In this document: piece by piece, positions 15,710-22,125 of the stretch
Position numbering within the stretch: the stretch's first letter is position 1
Layout of the letters: each line of letters starts with the position of its first letter
NCBI GenBank assembly: GCA_905373835.1
Contig: CAJPUN010000005.1
Coordinates: 34,480-58,479, forward strand
DNA length: 24,000 nt
Direction of reading: 5' to 3'
Source: Candidatus Saccharimonadota bacterium
Lineage (GTDB): Bacteria > Patescibacteriota > Saccharimonadia > Saccharimonadales > Saccharimonadaceae
Position numbers and translations under genes: made by a program
Notes under the pieces: model-generated
What the model saw: only the letters and a program-made list of their open reading frames with translations
The model's database searches: none
What the model was told of the DNA's origin: nothing

Positions 15710-15715
15710 ACTTCC

Positions 15716-16432
15716 ATGAATCAGCAGCCCACGACGCCTGTATACCCGCAAACCACCTTATACTACCCACCAACACCAACTATGCAACCCGCACCACCAA
15801 TTGGCCGGACTCCTGTTGCAGCAAACCCTCTCCCTCAGCCCATTATGCAGCCAATGCAGTTACCGACTGCCCAATCATTGCAACCTACTATTGAGGCTAG
15901 TTATAGCAGCGTCTTTGATGGCACACCACTCATTGCAGCAACATTTGTCTGGTATAGCACTGGTTATTTCAATGAGACACCCTGTGTTCTCGAATGGACG
16001 AGCACCAACCGTATCCGTGCTATTGATGTAGATGCTTCGATGGGTCAATCAATCGGTGTTATCTTTGACATCGACCCACAGCAGATTACCAAAGCAAGAA
16101 CTGAGTCAAGCTTTATTATTATCTGGGTCAACGGTCAACGCAACCAATTTAACTTTGCCGGAGCGAACACGCGATTACTCAACGCCTTGAGCGCCGGTGT
16201 GTCACCTGGTATGGGAATCCTTTATTATTCCCATACCGTTCAAGATGCTCTCAATAATCACTACAACTGGTGGTGGTGGAACATTCAGACATACGCACCA
16301 TCTGCCAAATTCGTTGATGGTGACGACCAAGGACTCAAGATTGGCGTTGCTATTGGTCTTGCAATACCTTTCATGGCTTTTGTTCTTGCAGTTATTGTAG
16401 TTATTATACAGATGGCATCACACCACCCTTAA
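15716..16432 (+). CDS. Pro/Gln-rich, C-terminally membrane-anchored protein, paralog B (238 aa)
   Basis: Same architecture as paralog A with a shorter P/Q region: 'SVFDGTPL...PCVLEWTSTNRIRAIDVD...FDIDPQQITKA...SFIIIWVNGQRNQFNFAGA...HYNWWWWNIQTYAP', then a C-terminal TM (IGLAIPFMAFVLAVIVVIIQM). Third-codon positions look more AT-rich than in paralog A. Confidence 0.8.
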   Translation: MNQQPTTPVYPQTTLYYPPTPTMQPAPPIGRTPVAANPLPQPIMQPMQLPTAQSLQPTIEASYSSVFDGTPLIAATFVWYSTGYFNETPCVLEWTSTNRIRAIDVDASMGQSIGVIFDIDPQQITKARTESSFIIIWVNGQRNQFNFAGANTRLLNALSAGVSPGMGILYYSHTVQDALNNHYNWWWWNIQTYAPSAKFVDGDDQGLKIGVAIGLAIPFMAFVLAVIVVIIQMASHHP

Positions 16433-16539
16433 AGAACCCCCGGGTTTTGTGTTGAGCTTGAAGGTGCTAACGCAAAATCTGCGTAAGATAGTGGCTAACC
16501 GGAGCGATACAAGAATTTAATTCAATCTAGGCAAACTAT

Positions 16540-16568
16540 TTGACCAATCTCCTCTGATGCGTCATAAT
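16540..16568 (+). promoter_or_regulatory. Sigma70-type promoter of the secreted-protein operon
   Basis: TTGACC (16540-16545), 17-nt spacer, CATAAT (16563-16568). ATG at 16577 lies 8 nt downstream. Confidence 0.6.
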
Positions 16569-16576
16569 GGGGAGCT

Positions 16577-17140
16577 ATGAAGCGCACTTTTCTTGCTGTT
16601 GTTATGATTGCTACTGCTGCACTTGGCTCTCCGGCCTATGCCGAGCCTGCTGCACCACTCAGCAACGATCAACTCACTCAAATAAAACAAAACTGCGTCC
16701 GCGTCAAGTCTAACCTGCGGCGCATCCACGCCAACGATGGGCTTGTCCGGGTCAACCAAGGGCAGCAGTATGAGGTGATTGCCACCCGTCTGATGGCACC
16801 GCTCAATAGCCGCATTGCCCTCAACCGGCTCGACGGTGTGGAGCTTGCCAAAACGACGGTAGAATACAACACCCAGCTTACCGCTTTCCGCAGCGAGTAT
16901 CGCCAATACGAAGAGAAGCTATCCGAGCTGCTGCGCATCGACTGCACCGACCAACCGGTCGAGTTCTACTACCGCATCAAGCCCGTGCGCGAGCAACGCA
17001 AACGAGTAGCTGATGTCGCTTTGCGGCTCAACCAGCTACTGAGCCAGTATGGTTCACAGTTCGACGTATTTTATAGCAAGCAATTCCCTGCCAAAAAGGA
17101 GGTACCGAGTGCCCAGCAGCCAGCCCAACCAGCCCAATAA
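16577..17140 (+). CDS. Secreted hypothetical protein (Sec signal peptide, helical, two Cys)
   Basis: MKRTFLAVVMIATAALGSPAYA|EPAAP is a classic signal peptide with an AYA cleavage motif. The mature part is predicted helical with Cys at two positions (NCVRV, IDCTD) and a Q/P-rich tail. Confidence 0.7.
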   Translation: MKRTFLAVVMIATAALGSPAYAEPAAPLSNDQLTQIKQNCVRVKSNLRRIHANDGLVRVNQGQQYEVIATRLMAPLNSRIALNRLDGVELAKTTVEYNTQLTAFRSEYRQYEEKLSELLRIDCTDQPVEFYYRIKPVREQRKRVADVALRLNQLLSQYGSQFDVFYSKQFPAKKEVPSAQQPAQPAQ

Positions 17141-17534
17141 GATCGACTTTGAGCACCAGCTAACCACCATGCGCGAGCACCGTTTTTTGGTGATGATCTG
17201 TGGGGTGATTGCTATTGCAGGCGTCATGGTGTGGATCGCCATGGATATGTACAACACCAGTGGCGCAGCGCAGGTTGATCTCAGTCGGCCTGGCTTCCAG
17301 GAGGTGCGCAAACAAGCCGCTCGCGATGCTGAGCCCGAGACATACAAAACCGAAGGTAGTATCACGAAGCAATCGCTCGACGAGTTTAAAAAAATGTACC
17401 AGCAGCGCCGCAGCAAAATCGCCGATGGCACCTTTGACCCAAACGTCCTGAGCGATGAATCCCTCCAGCTCTTCTCTACTAATAGCGACACCGAGAATCA
17501 GCAACAAACACAAGCACCAGCCGAGCAGCAATAG
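17109..17534 (+). CDS. Membrane-anchored hypothetical protein (single N-terminal TM)
   Basis: Same frame as track ORF 17049-17534. GTG at 17109 is preceded by AAGGAGG (17096-17102) with a 6-nt spacing, and it overlaps the upstream gene by 32 nt. The alternative ATG at 17169 has no SD. TM helix FLVMICGVIAIAGVMVWIAM, then 'QVDLSRPGFQEVRKQ...' and an acidic/Gln-rich tail. Confidence 0.6.
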   Translation: MPSSQPNQPNKIDFEHQLTTMREHRFLVMICGVIAIAGVMVWIAMDMYNTSGAAQVDLSRPGFQEVRKQAARDAEPETYKTEGSITKQSLDEFKKMYQQRRSKIADGTFDPNVLSDESLQLFSTNSDTENQQQTQAPAEQQ

Positions 17535-17557
17535 CACCTCACGCTGGCAGCACACAT

Positions 17558-17589
17558 AAACTCGCTTGGTATGAGCGAGTTTTATTTTT
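17558..17589 (+). terminator. Rho-independent terminator
   Basis: AAACTCGCT-TGGTATG-AGCGAGTTT is a perfect 9-bp stem, followed by TATTTTT. Confidence 0.85.
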
Positions 17590-17760
17590 CTACTACTCTA
17601 CTTTTACCTCTGTAGAACGGCTGAATATTTTCGAGGGAGTGCCTAGCGTTATTTATGCTTACAAAAGAGAAAACAGCAAAACAAGAGAATGAGCTAATAT
17701 TACAAAAGAAGGATCTTAAGCTGCAGATAGCTAGAACTACACAGCGTAAGCCAACATAAT

Positions 17761-17790
17761 TTGACATTGTTACCCCTTTCGTGATATAAT
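17761..17790 (+). promoter_or_regulatory. Near-consensus sigma70 promoter
   Basis: TTGACA (17761-17766), 18-nt spacer containing TG (17782-17783), TATAAT (17785-17790). The first ATG (17791) abuts the -10 box. The second in-frame ATG (17800) is 9 nt downstream, so 17800 is the more likely (leaderless) start. Confidence 0.7.
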
Positions 17791-17799
17791 ATGGCTAAT

Positions 17800-19275
17800 A
17801 TGACTCGCTCGAAATCTGAAGCTGTGCCAGATGGCTCAGTCAAAAAACCATCAGGGCATCTATCGCGCCGCGAGGCGTTAGCAGCGGCTGGCTTAGGAGC
17901 ACTGAGTGCTCTACTCAGCGGCGACACCCCTCAGCCTTCTACAGAGCAGCACCAAGACCACGAGAAAGATTCATTTCGGCCGGTCGTTGTCCGGCTTGGC
18001 GTTGTAGCACTTAATGCCGCTGGCTTCGAACCTGGCAAGAGTAACGAAGAGATATTCGAAGAAGTGCATGTCCATACCAGCCGCATTACCCACACAACTC
18101 GTGGTGCGTATGAGTTCCACATTACCGAGTTTGCAAGCAACGTTGTGCCAGATAGCACCCGCACCAAAGAAGATGGCACGACCGAATACTATTACTCCAA
18201 CGACCAAATCAAAAAAATCGCTGAAGAATACCGCGAGCAGCTAGACGTACAGGATGGTGAGCATTCACTCATGCTGATGGCCGTTAACACAGCAGGTGTG
18301 GAGAATGACGTACTCGGCCTCGCCTTCCAGAGCACAGACGAAGATAAAGCCAAGGGCGGCAACGGCCCGATGGTGCTTGTGCTGAGCAACAAGACTGGTG
18401 GCAACGTATACAGCCATGAGATTGGACACGTACTCTCGAGAGATGAGAAAAACGGCGACCCCAGCAAAGAAAAGCAGTTCGGCAAAGGCATGGGGCACGA
18501 GATGGTGATGGACTGCCTCATTACTGATGCCGAGGGCAATATAACGCAGTATTGTGCTGTCGATACCATCCAGCAGCTGCTTGCTATGGGCTGCGGCCTC
18601 AGCAAGCGCGATAAGTCGGACGCCGTGAATGAATACGCCTCCCCCGTCACTGTTATGGGTAATTCTATGGTCTACACCGATGCCGATACAAAGGTGAGCC
18701 AAGTAACGAATGAAGTCACCGCGACAGAGGAGCATAAACCAATCTACTCGCCCGCCGAGCTTACCTTTCTCGATTCGCGCCACCAAGTCGAGTGCACCAC
18801 ATCGACCGATGGACGCTACCCACTCTCGTACGACTTTACTAAGCGTTTTGCCCTGGCCTACTCGCTACCCGCTGACCACGCGCTCAAGACGATCCTCCCC
18901 AAGGCCGATACATTGGTCTTTGCGCCAATCATCGAGTATATCGATAAAGACACGCCATTTGACTCGACCGATCCAGATGCAGTACAGCGCCGCATTGGTG
19001 TCTTTGCCACGTGGGACAATGGCCGCGGTACGGCACTGCTAGATGTAAGCCTCTTTAACAAAATCGACTACAGCGGTGAGAAAGAGAACGTCATCTATGC
19101 CGATGAACAACTCGGCTTCGTCGCTGTCTCAGGCTACGACAAGAAGACCAAGAGCGAGTATGTGCGGATCGTTAGCCTCAGCTCGCAAGAAGGCACTACC
19201 CTACTAGATGAGGCACGGACGCGCACTGCCGAACGCAATCAGCTTCTCCTCAAGCCTAAGCAATCAAACGAGTGA
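17800..19275 (+). CDS. Exported protein with Tat-like signal and HEXXH zinc-metalloprotease motif
   Basis: Track ORF 17791-19275. The N-terminus '...GHLSRREALAAAGLGALSALLSG' is twin-arginine-like (SRRxxL plus a hydrophobic stretch). 'GGNVYSHEIGHVLSRDE' has HEXXH in a typical zincin context, with 'GMGHEMVMD' downstream. No further family assignment is possible by eye. Confidence 0.7.
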   Translation: MTRSKSEAVPDGSVKKPSGHLSRREALAAAGLGALSALLSGDTPQPSTEQHQDHEKDSFRPVVVRLGVVALNAAGFEPGKSNEEIFEEVHVHTSRITHTTRGAYEFHITEFASNVVPDSTRTKEDGTTEYYYSNDQIKKIAEEYREQLDVQDGEHSLMLMAVNTAGVENDVLGLAFQSTDEDKAKGGNGPMVLVLSNKTGGNVYSHEIGHVLSRDEKNGDPSKEKQFGKGMGHEMVMDCLITDAEGNITQYCAVDTIQQLLAMGCGLSKRDKSDAVNEYASPVTVMGNSMVYTDADTKVSQVTNEVTATEEHKPIYSPAELTFLDSRHQVECTTSTDGRYPLSYDFTKRFALAYSLPADHALKTILPKADTLVFAPIIEYIDKDTPFDSTDPDAVQRRIGVFATWDNGRGTALLDVSLFNKIDYSGEKENVIYADEQLGFVAVSGYDKKTKSEYVRIVSLSSQEGTTLLDEARTRTAERNQLLLKPKQSNE

Positions 19276-19535
19276 GCAGCCGGACCCTAGCGGTTTCCTA
19301 TCTCATCTCTTGCTAAATTCTTTTTCTGTGTATTTATTACGCTGGATATATTTTTTAACTATTCATTCAATTGCACTGATGATTTTCTCGCTCATCCTAG
19401 GGGAGCTATCTCCCGTAATCACCAATTTTATAGCACGAAGAATCTATAGTACGGGAGGCTGTAACACCAAAGCATTCACCTACCCATAGCACAATTTTTT
19501 GCATTTGCACCCTACTATGCTATACTAACCAAGCT

Positions 19536-20078
19536 ATGAATATGAAACCTGTCCTCAAACGTTATATTTCTGAATTTGTCTATGGTGCAGTCGATGGTAC
19601 CGTCACAACCTTTGCTGTGGTAGCAGCCAGTGCTGGTGCGGGTATCTCGAGTGCAATTATCTTGGTGCTAGGCGCAGCTAACCTTATTGCCGATGGCTTC
19701 TCGATGGGTGCTAGCGCCTACCTCGCGGCCAGTGCTGAGCACGATGAGTCAGCGCGGAGTACAAGCAAACGCGCCTCACCAAAAATCATCGGCTTCATGA
19801 CCTTTGCTGCCTTCGTTGTCGTTGGTAGTGTGCCTGTTATCCCCTATCTTGCCCATGTGCTGGCACGCGGCTCGAGCGCGGCTCATCCTCTGCTGTTTTA
19901 TATCAGCTCGGGAGCTACGGCGCTTACCTTTGTAGCAATTGGCTATATCAAGGGCAAAGTTGGTGGTGAGAATCCACTCGTTGCTTCCCTGCAAACGCTC
20001 GCGCTCGGTGCTATTGCTGCCGCCCTGGCCTATGGCGCTGGAACAGTGCTCGCTGGGTGGCTTGGCGTGCAGCTGTAG
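19536..20078 (+). CDS. VIT1/CCC1 family iron/manganese transporter
   Basis: 180 aa. The N-terminal signature 'YISEFVYGAVDGTVTTFAVVAASAGAG' plus 'ANLIADGFSMGASAYLA' and C-terminal TM helices match the family. TATACT at 19521-19526 sits 9 nt upstream of the ATG. Confidence 0.85.
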   Translation: MNMKPVLKRYISEFVYGAVDGTVTTFAVVAASAGAGISSAIILVLGAANLIADGFSMGASAYLAASAEHDESARSTSKRASPKIIGFMTFAAFVVVGSVPVIPYLAHVLARGSSAAHPLLFYISSGATALTFVAIGYIKGKVGGENPLVASLQTLALGAIAAALAYGAGTVLAGWLGVQL

Positions 20079-20268
20079 GAGTGGTCAAGAGTCTTATTGC
20101 CTTGAATCTTCGTTATGTGGCTATTGTCTCACCATGACTTTCTTACATTGGATAAAAATGAATATACCTATTAGATATTCATTGTCTGCATAGGAAGCTA
20201 GATGCAGGGCATAGGTTAGAAAGGTTGCTATTGTCACGCACTATCTAGCGCTAATGTCTCCACGTATC

Positions 20269-20565
20269 TCATGACTCGCTCTTTGGTAGCTGATCGATCA
20301 GCTCCAGTAGCTTCTCCCAATCAGCTCGCCGGGTGTGGTCGATATCAACATCAACCGCATGGTCGCGAATCGCCCAGAGGAGCGGCTCGGCCTCTGGCGT
20401 GATCCATGGCTGCATCTCAAGCGGATAGGCCAGCTGGTCAGACATAAGCACCCCATCGCCATAGTCACTCACCAGCATGTCGATCGTGTACTCGCGGCGA
20501 AGCATCCGCGCCCAATTCTGGCACAGTGTGATGGCTTCTTCTCGCGTGAGGGCTAGCTCACTCAT
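20269..20565 (-). CDS. Small acidic hypothetical protein (98 aa), translationally coupled to the glycosylase gene
   Basis: Its ATG overlaps the upstream stop as ATGA (20562-20565). By my count there are 20 Asp/Glu against 9 Arg/Lys. No TM and no recognisable motif. Confidence 0.6.
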   Translation of the reverse strand: MSELALTREEAITLCQNWARMLRREYTIDMLVSDYGDGVLMSDQLAYPLEMQPWITPEAEPLLWAIRDHAVDVDIDHTRRADWEKLLELIDQLPKSES

Positions 20566-21317
20566 ACCAGCCCATCCTTCCGTAGTCCATCCAGCGCAGC
20601 AGCAAAACGCGGGTCACCATGCAGCTCCTGAGCAATGGCGCTCAGTGGTTGTCCCTGCGCCATGCGCCGCACAATTTCACCCCGCATTTGGCGCAGGCTG
20701 CCAGCAAAGCGCGACTGCCGCGTGTAGTGCCGGCTGGTGCCAAGCTGGCCCTTGCCCGCCGCCTTTAGCTCAGCGCCGTAATCCATCAGCGCCCAGAACC
20801 ACTGACGTGGGCGAGCTGTATCCATCGTCTGCGTCACCAGCGCCAACACATCCTTATCTGTCACACCTTCTTGCCCAGCAAAAAAGTGATTAAAATACAC
20901 CGTGCGGATATTAGTCTCTACAAAGGCGGTCGGGATTTGATGCACGTAATTCATGATGGCCCCAGCCGTGTTAGCGCCAATGCCAGGCAACGCCACAAGG
21001 TCGGCCTGCGTCGCTATAGGTGCACCAGCAGCAATCACCTGCGCCGCACTGTGTAGGTACTTGGCCCGGCGATTATACCCCAAGCCCTGCCAGGCCTGTA
21101 GAACCGCCGGTAGTTGGGCCGCTGCTAAGGCCTCAATGGTCGGGAAGCGGGTGGTAAACTCGGCAAACTTAGGTAGCACCCGCGCTACCTGCGTCTGCTG
21201 CAGCATCAGCTCACTGACCAGCACATAGTATAGCGTTGGTTGGCTGCGCCACGGCATGGGGCGGTAGAGCTGCTTGGCTTTGTGCCATATCATGGCCTGG
21301 AATTGCGCTGTGTCCAT
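20562..21317 (-). CDS. HhH-GPD DNA glycosylase, MutY/Nth-like, lacking the Fe-S cluster loop
   Basis: 251 aa. 'PWRSQPTLYYVLVSELMLQQTQVARVLPKF', 'WQGLGYNRRAKYLH' and the HhH 'LVALPGIGANTAGAIMNY' match the MutY N-terminal domain pattern. There are no Cys residues in the whole protein. The C-terminal 'HYTRQSRFAGSLRQMRGEIVRRM...' replaces the 4Cys loop and the MutT-like domain. Confidence 0.85.
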   Translation of the reverse strand: MDTAQFQAMIWHKAKQLYRPMPWRSQPTLYYVLVSELMLQQTQVARVLPKFAEFTTRFPTIEALAAAQLPAVLQAWQGLGYNRRAKYLHSAAQVIAAGAPIATQADLVALPGIGANTAGAIMNYVHQIPTAFVETNIRTVYFNHFFAGQEGVTDKDVLALVTQTMDTARPRQWFWALMDYGAELKAAGKGQLGTSRHYTRQSRFAGSLRQMRGEIVRRMAQGQPLSAIAQELHGDPRFAAALDGLRKDGLV

Positions 21318-21324
21318 AGAGTAT

Positions 21325-21332
21325 AGTATACT
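21325..21332. promoter_or_regulatory. Shared bidirectional -10 element in a 21-bp divergent spacer
   Basis: Plus strand: TATACT (21327-21332) lies 6 nt before ATG 21339. Minus strand: TATACT (21330-21325) lies 7 nt before ATG 21317. Confidence 0.45.
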
Positions 21333-21338
21333 AGAAGG

Positions 21339-21515
21339 ATGAAACTATCTCGACTTATTCTCACAATCGCTATTGTCATTATTGCCGCGTGGCTACTTGG
21401 TGTTGTACTAAAGCTAGCCGCATGGGTTATCAACGGGCTGCTCTCGCTCGCCGCAATCGTCGTCATTATCTGGCTTATTATGATGTTTATCGAGAGTCGC
21501 AAGCAGCAGAAATAA
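21339..21515 (+). CDS. Small two-TM membrane protein (58 aa), below the ORF-track cutoff
   Basis: MKLSRLILTIAIVIIAAWLLGVVLKLAAWVINGLLSLAAIVVIIWLIMMFIESRKQQK has two hydrophobic helices and a basic tail, resembling the small Lmo0937/YqaE-like hairpin membrane proteins. The track ORF 21290-21502 (minus) is its antisense shadow. Confidence 0.65.
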   Translation: MKLSRLILTIAIVIIAAWLLGVVLKLAAWVINGLLSLAAIVVIIWLIMMFIESRKQQK

Positions 21516-21858
21516 TTTTCTAAGCTGCGCCGCTCTGTTTATATTAGCTTATCGTGACAACTGAGCCAAGGACAGCTGGCATTGTTCGTTTTGTAAAATA
21601 TCCCCTTCTTCGTCTTCGCTATGCTCTTGTGCGAGGCAATACAGTATGTAAGAACTATGCGTCATTTTTCCTTTAGCCCTATGTAAAAGGTTAGGTTCTA
21701 TTCGCCTCCGCAGATGTTTTCTTGCGAAGTAGAAGCAAGTCACATGAAACACCAGCCCAGCAATACACAATGCATCGCTTAGCTATAAGCACACTCTACC
21801 TCTGTTACCATGTTTTCACTCGTCGACCATGTCTAGCTCATGCGCTATACTAATAGCA

Positions 21859-22125
21859 ATGGATGACGAACTATATCTTGATGAAGTAGTGGAGGTGGTA
21901 GCGATTTTTCGGCGTGGGCATCAGCCATGTCAACCAGTCAGATTTCGGCGCGGCAATGGCCAGGAAGTGACGATCAGGCGAATCGGCCTGGGCTTCGAGC
22001 ATCAGCGCGGTGCACGTACGGTGCATATCTTCGATGTGACAGATGAGCAGGCTGATTACCGTCTCGAGTTTGACAGTATCACACTGGTATGGCGGCTCAC
22101 GCGCGAGGCTGATCATGTCTCATAG
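21859..22125 (+). CDS. Small beta-rich hypothetical protein, upstream of and overlapping the Y-family polymerase gene
   Basis: Track ORF 21829-22125. The ATG at 21859 lies 7 nt after TATACT (21846-21851) and is the preferred start (88 aa: MDDELYLDEVVEVVAIFRRGHQPCQPVRFRRGNGQEVTIRRIGLGFEHQRGARTVHIFDVTDEQADYRLEFDSITLVWRLTREADHVS). The stop overlaps the polymerase start by 11 nt. No S24 peptidase (UmuD) or YolD-like features are visible. Confidence 0.6.
   Translation: MDDELYLDEVVEVVAIFRRGHQPCQPVRFRRGNGQEVTIRRIGLGFEHQRGARTVHIFDVTDEQADYRLEFDSITLVWRLTREADHVS

Larger units (their letters stand above)
14584..16432 (+). repeat. Tandem segmental duplication: two diverged copies of promoter plus gene
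   Basis: Shared upstream blocks: ATACTCCTGC (14584-14593 / 15613-15622), GATCTCAAG(G/T)TATAT (14621-14635 / 15687-15701), and TAGTATAATAC-N4-ATGAATCAGCA (14671-14696 / 15701-15726). The coding regions are clearly homologous over the C-terminal 170 codons or so. Confidence 0.8.

Noticed and set aside
17054-17555. Minus-strand ORFs 17054-17491 and 17160-17555, and plus-strand 17209-17451
   Set aside because: They are shadow frames of the membrane-anchor gene, with no signals.
19208-19489. Plus-strand 93-aa ORF spanning the end of the HEXXH gene and the intergenic region
   Set aside because: It overlaps the 3' end of the real gene out of frame. It is AT-rich junk with no start signals.
21290-21502. 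Minus-strand 70-aa ORF
   Set aside because: It is the antisense shadow of the 58-aa two-TM protein on the plus strand (21339-21515), which has a -10 box and coherent hydrophobic helices.
21549-21770. Minus-strand 73-aa ORF (TTG start), and an internal 38-aa version from ATG 21665 with AAGGA upstream
   Set aside because: It has implausible composition and no family resemblance, in an AT-rich spacer. The short version is possible but unsupported, so it is not reported as a feature.
21516-21858. Search for an SOS/LexA operator upstream of the polymerase operon (CTGT-N8-ACAG, GAAC-N4-GTTC and TCGAAC-N4-GTTCGA types)
   Set aside because: Only half-site-like fragments were found (for example GTTCG at about 21586 and CGAAC at about 21866), with no matching partner at the correct spacing.
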